This document shows positions 12,725 to 25,831 of a stretch of 64,000 nucleotides of DNA, in pieces; position 1 is the first letter of the stretch; each line of letters begins with the position of its first letter. The DNA is taken from contig OX597828.1 in NCBI GenBank assembly GCA_951406725.2, forward strand, positions 29,388,001 through 29,452,000, given 5' to 3'. The DNA is from Octopus vulgaris. Taxonomy: Eukaryota. Made by a program: the position numbers and the translations under genes. The notes beneath the pieces were generated by a model. It made no database searches, was not told the DNA's origin, and saw only the letters and a program-made list of their open reading frames with translations.

Positions 12725-12896
12725 TTTTTTCTACTCAAGGCACAAGGCTCGACATTTTTGGGGAGGGGGCCAGTCGATTAGATCGACCCTTGTACGCAAC
12801 TGGTACGTGATTTATCGACCCAGAAATGATGAAAGGCAAAGTCGACCTCGGTGGAATTTGAACTCAGAACGTAAAGACAGACGAATACCGCTAAGC
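12725..12896 (-). mobile_element. Family C SINE, partial
   Basis: GATGAAAGGCAAAGTCGACCTCGGTGGAATTTGAACTCAGAACGT shared with 2112-2351. Confidence 0.85.
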
Positions 12897-12972
12897 AGAA
12901 ACAATTATTATTGTTGTTATTTGTTTGCTTGTGTGATGTGAATAGACAGTTTCATGTTGAAAATAGTTTTAA

Positions 12973-13190
12973 CTAGGCATCAACCAGACTATCGGATGTT
13001 GTTATACATCGCTGGTCACAATGCGCTTCTCGTTCTTTTAGCTTTCGAAAGACGACAAGCGGCTGGATAGGCGAGCAGGCCAACAGTCCCGCTGATCGGG
13101 AGACTATTCCGCCACAGGGTGTGACCCGTTTACAGCTGAATAGCCTGGGGTAACGTGAAATGAACTGTTTTGTACAAGAACACAGCATAC
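12973..13190 (-). mobile_element. Diverged CORE-like SINE fragment with a third type of tail
   Basis: CAGCTGAATAGCCTGGGGTAACGTGAAATGAACTGTTTTGTACAAGAACACAGCA is the reverse complement of the family B CORE block. Confidence 0.6.
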
Positions 13191-13989
13191 GAAAGAAAAA
13201 TGAAATTGGTTCTTCTTGCTATCAAGAGTCTTTGGAACAGTTGTACATCTGTTTTACTCAGGTCGTGGAATGGTCAGTTTATAAGGAATTTTTATACCGC
13301 TACATATTGACATTCAAAACATCTATAAGTTGGAAAATGGCTGCCCCATATAATGGCTGCCCCATATAATGGCTGTCCCTCATAAGAAGTGGAAAGAGAA
13401 TTAACATAAACAAACATCTGTCAGAAACTAAAATATAGATCAAGTACACAGGAAATTCACTAAGTTTCACTTGCACAATAGAGGATACAAAAAGAATGGC
13501 ACTGGAAAGAATAACTATATAAATAGAAAAAAAAATAGAAAAAAAAATGACGTCATTCCCAACGACATCCCATCATCATTGTGTTAATGTTATGGATAAA
13601 AAAAATTGACGGCAGGCAACTCGATTCGAATAAGCACAAAAAAAAGAGAGGGAAACAATGGGTAAGTCACAAAGGTGTTTCCTTATCCAACGAGCTTATC
13701 CAGGAAAGGATAGGGAAAAAGGAGACGTAACTCCATATGTGTTTCCATATGACCTCGAAGAAAACGCTCGATGAATCTTTGGATAATGTATTTTAGAATT
13801 TATACTCCATCGATCGGAATGCAAAATGACAGGTGGAATTGATGCATCAAACACCTGCTCACAGGCTGCTCCCACGATACATGGGTCTAAGAAATACCAA
13901 AATTACTGCCAAAGACATTGATACAGACATCTACCCCTGAATGTTGTCAGCTTTGCGCAAAACTACGGTCATGTAATGAGTGTGAAGGG

Positions 13990-14290
13990 AGTTGGTTGGG
14001 GCGCATACAGTCATTTAGTTCCTAGTGATCCCCAAAGAACACAAGCTAACTCTAGAATTGTTGCCCGTGAGGGAGGAGAGAGAAAGTCTAACGGATTGGT
14101 GAGGTATGGTAGAAGGCCCAGTCGCTACACGTGCGATAGTAAGGGCCATTTAAAGGTCTTCTGCTTGACAGAAGAGGCTAAAGAGAAGAAAAGAGAAGGT
14201 GAGACACAGCTGTAGGAGCAGACACAACGGCAGCAACTGTTAAGACAATGGCTGCTGGTATTGCCGCTCTTTCCGGAGCACAAGTCGCAA
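13990..14290 (+). mobile_element. Heavily decayed RTE-like LINE 3' end
   Basis: Translation ...VRYGRRP....KGHLKVFCLTEE... resembles the RTE terminal motif RGRP..W...K.DL..L.LTEE. Confidence 0.45.
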
Positions 14291-15090
14291 TTCCGGGAAT
14301 AGCCAGGCCTGAAACAAGTAAAACTGTATTTTAATCAATAAACCACCGAATGATATTAAAAAAACAAACAAACAAACAAACAAAAAACCCGCCATCTTCG
14401 TGAAAAAATAATACTTAAATAGTGATAACATATGTCATGAGTGTTAAAAGCCAATTAAAATTAATTATATGGTAAGGAATAGGCAACATTAGATCAATGA
14501 AGTGGTCTAGTTACAGCGAAACATGTCCAGAAATGTTATCCTTTCTTGTCAAAATCATCGAAATAAATTTAATCATTGAACTATTGTATGTCTTTTCCTC
14601 ACTGCATAATTATTTCAAAATGGGTTTTGCTTATTGTATATTTGTAATTAACTTAATTATTATATTTTAATCTAGTTACTTTCCGAATACTGAACTGTTT
14701 GCCTGTCCCAGTATATGTGATGCGTAGTATATATTTCTCCGGCGTTTATGTAACTTATATAACACAGATTACCATCTTTTTTTTCAACCACCAGAGTGAC
14801 TTGGGACTTAAGAAAGAAGAGCTTTATGTTATTCAGACCATAGGAAACTGGGATTAACTTTTAGTCTGAAAACAAGCATGGATATCAAACCACACTTATG
14901 AAAATATTTCGGTCAGAAAAAAGGCTGAATGCTCCGTTGAAGAGACTATTGCTGCTTTCTAAATCGCGTTACTGTTGTTTACTGCTACCACTACTACTGC
15001 TACTGCTGTTGCTGGTGCTGTAGCTATTGTTGTTGTGTAGGCATAAATAAGACCTGGACGAAGTAGACTTGCAATAAAATTGTCACCTAT

Positions 15091-15466
15091 AGGCGTAGGA
15101 GTGGCTGTGGTAAGTAGCTTGTTTACCAACCACATGGTTCCGGTTTCAGTCCCACTGCGTGGCACCTTGGGCAAGTGTCTTCTACTATAGCCTCGGGCCG
15201 ACCAAAGCCTTGTGAGTGGATTTGGTAGACGGAAACTGAAAGAAGCCCGTCGTATATATGTATATATATATGTGTGTGTGTCTGTGTTTGTCCACCCAAC
15301 ATCACTTGACAACCGATGCTGGTGTGTTTATGACACCGTAACTTAGAATAAGTACTAGGCTTACAAGGAATTAGTCCTGGGGTCGATTTGCTCGACTAAA
15401 GGCGGTGCTCCAGCATGGCCACAATCAAATGACTGAAACAAGTAAAAGAGTAAAAGAGTAAAGAGA
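15091..15466 (+). mobile_element. tRNA-derived CORE-like SINE, family A (octopus OR/OK-type by inference)
   Basis: Head GGCGTAGGAGTGGCTGTGGTAAG, B box GGTTTCAGTCCC, CCTTGGGCAAGTG core, internal TA/TG tract, (GTAAAAGA)n tail; more than 10 copies in the window. Confidence 0.92.
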
Positions 15467-15709
15467 GTATTTGTCTTGGTTCGGGAATTGTAGAAACGGG
15501 GCTAAGTTATTTTTCTTTTTTGAATTTATACCAAAGTGTGTGATTTGAAGCAGATTTGACTGTTATATCTAGCAGTGCAAGCCACCGCCTAGAGACATCG
15601 TCATTGTTTCCACTTCGGATCACGTTTTAAGACACCTGCAAAAGTTATTACATCCCAAAGGGGGGAAAAAAACTGAAGGGAAGAACACAGAGACACACAT
15701 AGCCACACA

Positions 15710-15760
15710 TAGTACACACACACATACACACACAATAACACACACACAACACACACACAC

Positions 15761-15850
<90 letters not shown>
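15710..15850. repeat. (CA)n microsatellite
   Basis: Long CA array. Confidence 0.95.
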
Positions 15851-15852
<2 letters not shown>

Positions 15853-16011
15853 AAAAGAAGTAATGTTGTAAACCATGTTATTTGTTTCCGAGCTTCGTTT
15901 TATCTTTATTGCCAGGTTTTCAAAAGAAAAAAGCAAAATAAACCTTCTTTTGGGTGAAATTATGTGATATTTGCGAGATATTTCCAGAAGAATATCGATT
16001 TTTACTTCTTG

Positions 16012-16042
<31 letters not shown>

Positions 16043-16109
16043 AGAATGAGCAGCAAAAACAACAGAATCAAAGCAACAGGCAAGGAATTAACAATAACAG
16101 TAACCAACA

Positions 16110-16414
<305 letters not shown>

Positions 16415-17220
16415 AAACACAATGGTTACCGTAGTCGTAATCTGACGTCTATCCTGTTCAAGTAATCAACAGTATATGAAAACGATCAACACTCCAAGGT
16501 GGAGAAAGGTTGAAAAATAAAATATAACGTGTGAAAGAAAGTAAATCGTAAATCGTAAATCTCTAAATAAGAAAATTCAGATGTGAGAATCCATTCAGAG
16601 AATTGAAAATAACTTTTTTTTTTTTCTTTATATATCGTCTAAATACAGTTTTCAACAATGTGTATAAAGCTGCTCTTTCTATGAACGGATATGCCGAGAG
16701 ATAACAATAAACCTTTCAATTTTTTTTTTCTAACGTACACGAAAATATTGTTTCAATCAGGATGGATGGATGGAATCTTTATTAAATCAACTGAAGAGCT
16801 TATAACCATCTGCTCTAAGCCGATCATTTTGACTTCAAAGAGTTAAATTAAAGGCTTGCAAATAGTTTGAAAGTAAGTCTCCCGGCTTGCGGAATAGCAA
16901 ATCAGCTTTCATTTGTGGTTATAATCATTTTTGATTGAATTATGTTCGTATTGCCGTTGGGAAGGGGCACGATTGTCATAACTGCCTAATTTCCCCATCC
17001 ACGTGAATCGCAGTTTTTGAGCCTGTATTGGAATAAATGCCGCAAAGTCGCCGAAACTCACTACTCGGTAGTTTCAAATCAAATTTGTAATCAATCGAAC
17101 GAATGACATTGATGTTGCGACACTACAATATTCATTTTGCATAAATCTGCGCTACCCAGTGTTAAGCTTTGTAGACTAAAATGGGGAATGTTTATTAACC
17201 TTTACGAAGAAATTGTCTAA

Positions 17221-17626
17221 GGCGCAGGAGTGGCTGTTTGGTAAGTAGCTTGCTAACCAACCACATGGTTCCGGGTTCAGTCCCACTGCGTGGCATCTTG
17301 GGCACGTGTCTTCTGCTGTAGCCCCGGGCCGACCAATGCCTTGTGAGTGGATTTGGTAGACGGAAACTGAAAGAAGCCTGTCGTATATATGTATATATAT
17401 ATATAAGTGTGTGTCTGTGTTTGTTCCCCTAGCATTGCTTGATAACCGATGCTGGTGTGTTTACGTCCCCGTCACTTAGCGGTTCGGCAAAAGAGGCCGA
17501 TAGAATATGTACTGGGCTTACAAAGAATAAGTCCCGGGGTCGATTTGCTCGACTAAAGGCGGTGCTCCAGCATGGCCGCAGTGAAATGACTGAAACAAGT
17601 AAAAAGAGTAAAAAAGAAAAAGAGTA
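17221..17626 (+). mobile_element. Family A SINE, full length
   Basis: GGCGCAGGAGTGGCTG...GGGTTCAGTCCC...GACTGAAACAAGTAAAAAGAG. Confidence 0.92.
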
Positions 17627-19000
17627 ATGTCGATTATGTAGGCAACGAATTAGCGGAATTGTTAGAGTGTTGGATAGAATACATCGCAGTACTTTGAGTT
17701 CAAATACCTCCGAAGTCAAATTAGTCTTTCATTCTTTTGGGTTCGATAAAACGAAGTAGCGATACAGAGTGGTGGACTGGTAGAACTGTAAGAAAAGAAA
17801 ACCACACGGAATGTTTTACTGTATTGGTCCGAGCATTTTGCGCGTTCTTCTTAGTTCAAATCTCGCCATGGCTTACTTTAGTGGTAATCTTAATCGATCA
17901 CCTACTCTAACACAACCCTTTTGTAATTTTGGTACCTATCATGGGAGTCACATCTTCCTTCCAATTAATTTGAACTCAGAACGTAACGGCAGACGAAATA
18001 CGGCTACGCATTTCGCCCGGCGTGCTAACGTTTCTGCCAGCTCGCCACCTTGATACTACTACTACTACTACTACTACTATTACTACTACTACATAAAGAA
18101 CTTAGGATGTTCCAGACATTGTGACCTTTTACCAGTTAGGTCACTGTAACACTTCGCTTTAGAATATATTAACCCCCCCCCGCCGCCACACACAAACACA
18201 AACACAAAATACTTATTCATAATTTGTTTAGCATATTTAATAACTGGTTAAATATAAACGCGATTAGCAGAATCCGCTATTATCTGAATTCGAATTACGG
18301 ACATTTTACGTGGGTGTTTAAAAGATATATATATTCAACAAACAAACACAACATTTGAAATAACATTCCATGGGTGTCCTTGTTGATTTCTTTCTAGAAA
18401 AAATATGGTTTTGAATAATGTTAAATTCAGAAGCAGTTTTATAAAGATATCTTCGTCTACTGTTTTTGTTAGAATGCCAGGAAAGAATTGATTTCCACTC
18501 AGACAGGTAGAAACTGGTTTAGTAATAAAGAGACACTAGTTAGTTATTTAAGACGTTACTTATATGTTTTAATCGAGAACTTTTAGACACAAAAGATCTC
18601 TATATTCTCAAAGGAAATACGTTGTTATAAGTACGCTCGTTCATCCACATCCTGGTCTACAAGATATTTTCCTTTTTCATGTTTGAGGATAGGCTGTTAG
18701 TTAGGTTGTGTGGACACAGTTCTAAGTATAACAGAATCAAGACTCTAATTTTGTTTCATTGTTTTTACTGTTTCGAGTCCTGGGACTCATAGGTCTGATT
18801 ATCTGGTACCCATAGTGAAGACGTGACCTCTCCACCAACGGAACGCCTATCCATCGAACGTTCCTAGTTTACAACTGAGTGAAGTGGAGAAACGTAAAAA
18901 TGAAGCATTTTGCTCAAAAACACAACGCATCACCCGGTTCAGGAATCGAAACCAGAATTTTGCAGAAATTTTGCTTCACTCCTACGCTCTAATATAGACA

Positions 19001-19925
19001 TCTTACTATAATAGGCGTTATGTCCGTCTGTCTACCAGTCTTTCTGTCTGTTTGTTCCCTCTTCACGGTCAAACGGCTGGACAAATGGTCATGATGTTTT
19101 TCGGGATTACGAAGGAAGTAAGCAGGAAGGTTTTTATAAAAAAAAAGTAAAAAAAAGTGAAAAATTATGATCATTTAGTGGTTATTGAGTTTTTATGTTA
19201 AATTTTTGAATTTTTATGTTAAAATTCCGGCGACGAGGATTAACTCTGGATTCCCTTACCCCGCATAGTTCGTGAATTTAGAGGGTTTAGATTTGCGATA
19301 CTATCCCTTTATTTCCCATCGTAGACGGGCAAATTTGCTATCTTACTGTAGGTGCATTTTACCCACTCCGATGTTTATACACGGCCAGTTATACTTCATT
19401 ACGAGTAGAGCAACGGACTCCAGTAATTTGAAAATTAGTGTCAACCAAACAGAAATTATCGTTTACAAAGAAGCTTCGTAATCATATTGATATTATCGAA
19501 AGGAATAGGATTCATAATTTAAATAAGGAAATTTGTGAACTTTGAATGTATAAGAGTATAAACAAGCCTTAAATAAAGTAACGAACTAAAATGAAAGTAG
19601 ATGTAAATAACATTTTTTTCTTAATACTTTTTATGCAGTGTTCGAAGGAAGCTCTGGCTTTCGTTATGAGTGGTCCACATAATCATACAAGATACAGAGA
19701 CTGGGAGCCTATTTCAGTTCGGGAGTGAATCGTCATCACATGTCACTTTGTCGCAAACACGTCAAACATTTACAATAGAATGATGTATCACCAACAATAA
19801 TGTGATTTCTCTGAGACATCACCCAGTAATCTATCAAGTACATTTACGCATTCCTCAACACATACTGCTGTTATGACTTCCCTCCCTCATTTTACGCCTC
19901 TATCGTAGATGGGTAGATTTGCTAG
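19001..19925 (+). mobile_element. Non-autonomous Helitron carrying a PIF1-like helicase remnant
   Basis: A|TC start at 19001; CTAG|T end at 19922-19925 preceded by a degenerate hairpin; internal helicase-coding fragment. Confidence 0.75.
19272..19481 (+). pseudogene. Helitron RepHel helicase C-terminal fragment
   Basis: GLDLR...PMFIHGQLYFITSRATDSSNLKISVNQTEIIVYKEAS* matches the PIF1/RepHel end GLDL..P.FSHGQLYVA.SR.....LKI......NIVYKE. Confidence 0.85.
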
Positions 19926-19989
19926 TAATAATAAAGATTCCTGTTGGTAACAGGTATTTGTAATTTAACCTAATTCCTTTTATAATGAA

Positions 19990-20350
19990 TACAAGACAGA
20001 AAAATGCTTTTCCGTTGTTTTTTAAATCCATCGAAGGATTTGTTTCATCCACTACAGAACCTACTCGCTACTTCCCCTGTCAGCCACTCGCCATGCTAAC
20101 ACTTGAAAGTTTGATGGATAGTGTCATTTGACTTGCGTAAGTGTGTGTATACCATGTACACTGTTGGATGTTAACCAGTCCTTGGGCACGCTCATGTTCT
20201 ACCAACTTATTTAGGTTTTTTTTGAGAAGCTGTCATTGTACTGTTAACTTAATCCTTAATCCGTTTGTTTCAACACCTCTTTCAGAGCAACCACAAACCG
20301 TATATATCTGTTCACCTCCAACAATAACAAACAGTCGCTATATTTCATTC
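19990..20350 (-). mobile_element. Possible highly decayed Penelope-like endonuclease fragment
   Basis: Minus reading IY..CGCSE..VETNGLRIKLTVQ*Q loosely resembles GIY-YIG C..C...YIG.T...LR.R...H; weak. Confidence 0.3.
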
Positions 20351-20612
20351 CATAACTGCCATCTCTAAAGAGTGCGGGGTAACATAATCGGAGAGTTGTC
20401 TAACAGTCAGTTGAACCCCTAGTGCAAAACCGATCGTTAAGATCGGCCGTAATGGAGGTATAATAAAGTAAACATCCTTTAATAGACCCAGTCTACTGAC
20501 AGACACACGAGGACCCACTATATATATATATTCATTTATAAGGTCTCTTCACATGAAGCCATTGGTAGCCCTGTTAACCCACAAATAAACTATATATATA
20601 TATATATATATA

Positions 20613-20828
20613 TGTGATCTCTTGAGCACCACCAGCTCAAATATTTTTTCCTCTGTCTTCCCTTCTTGGGATCTTTTCTTCTTCTTGTTTCCGACGAAGA
20701 GCTCCGCTCGAAACGTTAAACCCTCCTTCCCTTCTTTCCTGAGCGTCAATAATACTTTAATTGTTCCACGTCCTGCGTTGCTGTGTTTTTTTCTCTTTTT
20801 TTCTGTGTTTTCTTGTTTGGATTAACTT

Positions 20829-20829
<1 letters not shown>
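20613..20829 (+). mobile_element. (TA)n-embedded short element with a hammerhead motif (Penelope pLTR/retrozyme-like)
   Basis: Flanked by TA arrays; ends GGATTAACTT-TATATA; homologous to 43962-44130 on the minus strand. Confidence 0.75.
20687..20721 (+). ncRNA. Minimal type I hammerhead ribozyme motif, U4C core variant
   Basis: GUUU-CCGACGA-A-GAGC(ucc)GCUC-GAAAC-GUU^AAAC: stem I GUUU/AAAC, 4-bp stem II, palindromic AACGUU stem III as in Penelope-associated dimeric hammerheads. Confidence 0.7.
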
Positions 20830-20860
<31 letters not shown>

Positions 20861-21294
20861 TTACATACATATAAGAGGGATGACCACTAAGTGGACGTCC
20901 ATTATGCTAGATGTAGACCCCCATATGGTCTGACTAGTAAGAAAAAATTGTTCGCAAAAAAGTTCAACAAACGCCTGAACGTAAGCGAGCAAGACAAATG
21001 TCGGTAGTTTGCTGTAAGGATAGGACGAATTAGTTTTGCCCTTCTTAAGACTCTTTTAAGGATCGCTTACCTCTTGTCTTCCTAACTGTCAAAAGTGCAA
21101 AGCTAAAAGAAAAACTACGGATTAAAATTGTAAGCCAGAATGTGAGTGATACAAATCATTCGTACAATCGTTCGAGGTTGACAGTTTGCCATTAATAACT
21201 CGAATTTCACCAACTGAACTTGCAATTTACTGCTGGACAGAAAATATGTCTCAGCCTTACAGTGCCACTTTTCCCGTGACACGCAGAGAGAGAA

Positions 21295-21355
<61 letters not shown>

Positions 21356-21534
21356 TATGCTAATTTGCTAGTTAATCGAAAAAAAATAAAAAAGCAACAC
21401 TAACAAACATAAATAGTACCAGCAGCAGAAAATGAACTCAGTTTCCAAGGGTAAAACCTGGCAGGAAATTAAACTAGCTCCTTAATTACTGAGAGCGACC
21501 CACATTCCCTGACATAATTTATACAGACATTCAA

Positions 21535-21693
21535 GGCGCAGGGATAGCTGGGTAGTTAAGGAGCCTGCTTTGCACCACATCGTTTCGGGTTCAGTCCCAC
21601 TACGTGACTTCTTAGGCAAGTGTCTTTTACTATAGTTCCGGATCGACCGATGCCTTGTGAGTGGATTTGGTAGGCGGAAACTGAAAGAGCCCG

Positions 21694-21730
<37 letters not shown>

Positions 21731-21905
21731 TAGGTATATATGAATGTATGTATGTATGTGTGTATGGGTGTGTGTGTATGCGTTTGTGTGTGTGTGTTTT
21801 CCCCCTTCCACTGCTGACTCACCGGCTATTTTGTCCGACAAAACCCCTCGAAAGCGGTACCTTAACATGACTGTGGTCTAAGGACTGAAACAAGTATAAC
21901 AAGTA
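21535..21905 (+). mobile_element. Diverged, internally deleted family A SINE
   Basis: GGCGCAGGGATAGCTG...GGGTTCAGTCCCAC...GACTGAAACAAGT. Confidence 0.8.
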
Positions 21906-22030
21906 AATGCATGCATCAGGTCGAAGATCTTATATTTGTGTGATGTGTACAGAGGGGCTGAACATACTGGATAATCTTTCCTGCAGAGTAATGAAAACAG
22001 GAGATTTGAAATCGTTTTAGTTATTATTTA

Positions 22031-22132
22031 TTCACCATTACACGTGTTTCATTTGCTAATAGGAGTTACAAAATAGTACACTTAGTTGAAAACATGTGAG
22101 ATACCTCCTATCAGGAATTCTCCAGACAGGAA
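22031..22132 (-). ncRNA. Hammerhead-like motif with long stem II (core A6G, probably decayed)
   Basis: Minus: CUGGAGA-auucCUGAUAGGAG...CUCCUAUUAGcaaau-GAAAC-ACGU-GUA; palindromic ACACGUGU stem III. Confidence 0.5.
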
Positions 22133-22401
22133 ATCAAATAAAACAAAATTTGGACATACATGTATATATGTATATGTATGCATGGGTTTGTATGTATATG
22201 TGTGTGTGTGTGTGTGTGTGTCAATATGCATAATTGTATTCAATTATTATTTTATTTTATAACCCCGTCTCTCTCTCTTTTATATATTATTAGATATGAA
22301 TTCATCCCTTCTCACTATATAAAGGATTCCTGATTGCTAAAGACACACACATACACACACACACAGACACAGACACAGACACAGACACAGACACAGACAC
22401 A

Positions 22402-22456
<55 letters not shown>

Positions 22457-22599
22457 TATGTTGTTTCACATGAAATGTCGCATTTTTAATTACTTGTTAT
22501 TTCAGTCATTTAAAAACTCAATTATGTATACCTTGCATTTAATCTTGACTCTTTTTCTTTCCCAACATTATTGGTATACAAAATTCGTACCCACAGATC

Positions 22600-22783
22600 T
22601 TATGAAAATGATAACAACCAAACTATGTTGAGTGATTTTCTCGTATGAGTAAAAGTGGGTCACTCTGCTGCAGAAGCTCTACGGGATATCAAGAAGGCCC
22701 TTGGCAATGGTTTTGTTGACATCAGAAAAGCTGAAAGATGGTTCCAAAGCTCTCGTTCAGGAGATGATAGCCTTGAAAAATAA
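22600..22783 (+). pseudogene. Mariner transposase N-terminal HTH fragment
   Basis: KVGHSAAEALRDIKKALGNGFVDIRKAERWFQSSRSGDDSLEK* matches the mariner N-terminus (G.SAAEA.R.I...RWF..FRSGD.SLED). Confidence 0.85.
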
Positions 22784-22791
22784 ACTGTTAT

Positions 22792-22979
22792 TTAGCCCCA
22801 AGAAACACCGCTTCCAGTTAGATATGTGACATAAGCACCTCCACCCAGCAAAGCCAGCACACAGAGACTAGTTTCAGAGTAATTGCTCTTCATCAGGCTT
22901 ATCTCCCCTTTTTGAAAACTTAAGGACACAGAAAGCTTGTGTCACATAGCCAACTAGAAATGGTGTTTCCTGGGGCTAA
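22792..22979. mobile_element. 188-bp cassette: ~45-bp inverted repeats enclosing a hammerhead
   Basis: TTAGCCCCAAGAAACACCGCTTCCAGTTAGATATGTGACATAAGC versus reverse complement of the right end TTAGCCCCAGGAAACACCATTTCTAGTTGGCTATGTGACACAAGC. Confidence 0.8.
22866..22896 (-). ncRNA. Minimal hammerhead ribozyme motif with canonical core
   Basis: Minus: CUGAUGA-AGAG(caauua)CUCU-GAAA-CUAG-UC; palindromic ACUAGU stem III; GUC cleavage triplet; stem I poorly defined. Confidence 0.7.
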
Positions 22980-23359
22980 TTCTAGCAGTAGCATTCTTCC
23001 CTTTCCTGGGACTACCACTTTAAGTTGGCAACAACACACCATGAATATTTATATATATATATATATATATATATGTGCACCGGCATAAGCGGTATCTATG
23101 TATGTATAAATGTATGTATTTGGTGAGGGATAGAGGTAGAGGGGGGGCTAGTATGGATTTTGAGTATCATTGCTATAAACGACAGTACGTCGTTTGCTTT
23201 ATAATCTTTTATTGTCCTCCATTACATCAGTGAAACAGTGGCAGACAAGAAAAGCGTTTTTAATTTTCATCATTAATATGTATGACGTTTACACATGTAT
23301 GCATACATAGATGTGAGGTGTATAGAAGGATATATTTATGCCTGAATGTATAGCACAAC

Positions 23360-23372
23360 TATCTATCTGTCC

Positions 23373-23435
<63 letters not shown>

Positions 23436-23497
23436 CATCCATCCATCCATCCACCCATCCATCCATCCATCCGTCCGTCCGTCCGTCCGTCCGTCTA

Positions 23498-23544
<47 letters not shown>

Positions 23545-23587
23545 GACTGTCTGTCTGTTTGTTTGTCTATCTCTCTCCCTCTCTTTC

Positions 23588-23660
<73 letters not shown>
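23360..23660. repeat. Compound tetranucleotide array (TCTA/TCCA/TCCG/TCTG)
   Basis: Stepwise motif transitions visible along the array. Confidence 0.95.
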
Positions 23661-24018
23661 TACGCATACATATACATAAATGCATAGATATGGGTGCCAA
23701 TTAATCCAGTTATCTTATGATTTTGCCTTTCATCCTCACTTGGATGATTATATAAAATACTAGAACTTAAAAGTATTGATTCCCAAAACTCAATTCTTTT
23801 CATCTTCGCTTTTGTTCTGAAGGGAACGAGCTGTGGTCAGCACTGCGGTGGAGTAGGAATTCCGCCAGGTTTAAAATGTCCAAGACACGCCCCTCTATCT
23901 CAGCCAGTAGTTTAATCTTCAAATATATACATAGATACATAGACACATAAATACATACATACACACACATACATACATACATACATACATACATACATAC
24001 ATACATACATACATACAT

Positions 24019-24049
<31 letters not shown>

Positions 24050-24120
24050 TACAGACACACAGACACACAGACAGACATACATACATCCACACACACACAT
24101 AAGTATAAATATTTATATGA

Positions 24121-24230
24121 AGCTTGCTTACAAGCCACATGGTTCCCGGTTCAGTCCCTAAAGCCTCGGGCTGACCCAAAGCCTTGTGAGTGGATTTGGT
24201 AGACAGAAACTGAAAGAAGCCTGTCGTGTA
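24121..24230 (+). mobile_element. Family A SINE 5' fragment
   Basis: CCACATGGTTCCCGGTTCAGTCCC...GTGAGTGGATTTGGTAGACAGAAACTGAAAGAAGCC. Confidence 0.8.
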
Positions 24231-24238
24231 TATATATG

Positions 24239-24294
<56 letters not shown>

Positions 24295-24662
24295 TATGTA
24301 TATATACTTGTATACACACACATATGTATATATGTATTTGTATATGTATATGTATATATATGTGTATATACATATATATGTATATATATACATACACACA
24401 TACATATATATTCATATATATATACACACATACATATATACATATATACACATACATACGTGCACATACATATACACACACGCACACACACATATATATT
24501 TGTGTGTATCTATAGATGTAGATGTGTATGCCCGTATGAATTAATACAGTTATCTGTTTGTCTATTTATCGACTTGTACCATGAAAGGGTTAAGAAAGAT
24601 TACTTTCTACATGCACACATATACAGTTTTTTTGTATACACACAGACACACAGACACAGACA

Positions 24663-24702
<40 letters not shown>

Positions 24703-24859
24703 ATACTCTATATAGACACGTAGCCTTCCATCATAAGCGTTATGTTTATAAATATTCATATGTGGATGTTGATATGGATATCTATACAAGCGTGTATGCA
24801 TCTCGATTATCTAGATACGATTATGTACATATCTATGCATATATACATACACATGAATG

Positions 24860-24911
<52 letters not shown>

Positions 24912-25225
24912 CTTATATATATATATATGCATATATATATATACATATATGTGTGTGTGTGTGTTTCTGTCTCTGAGTTGGTGGTATGCACAAATACATA
25001 AAATCTCATTGCGTACACTTAGGCGTACTTATGATGCAAATATGTACGTATAGAGACACACGCACATATACACGCACTCACACACTCGCATACATATTTT
25101 TGCACGCACATACACGCGCACACATAGAAATACTTGCGCATATATATTAGCTGGCGAGCTCTTATGATTTAAGACCTTAGAGTTACATGCCAATGCATTT
25201 ATCAAAAATTTCATACATGCATATA

Positions 25226-25285
<60 letters not shown>

Positions 25286-25776
25286 CACACATATATATGA
25301 GTGTGTGTGTATACACATACGCATATATGTATGTATTTATGCATGTATGTATGTATGTATGTATGTATGTATGTATCTACCTATCTGTCTCTGTCTGTCT
25401 GTCTGTCTCTCTCTCTATATATATATATATATATCTAATGATAATATAATATAATATATATATATATATGCATATATACATACGTATATGTACATATATC
25501 TTTACGTATATATATATATATATATATATATACAAAATATATATGCATATATACAATACGTATATGATTATATATATTATTCATATATAACAAAATTATT
25601 AAAAAAATAATTAATAATTAATTTTTAATAATTTTATTATATATTTAAATAATATAAATTAACATATGTATTCTAAGTTTTTCATTGTTTATTTTGTCTC
25701 TAATTTAATATAATATATATTTTACTATAAAACGATTCAATCCTAAATGTACAGTAATATTTTTCCTAATATTTAT

Positions 25777-25831
<55 letters not shown>

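Noticed and set aside
13336-13384. Three tandem 16-bp units containing CCATATAATGG (CArG-like)
   Set aside because: Seven A/T bases rather than the six of a CArG box; simple slippage duplication
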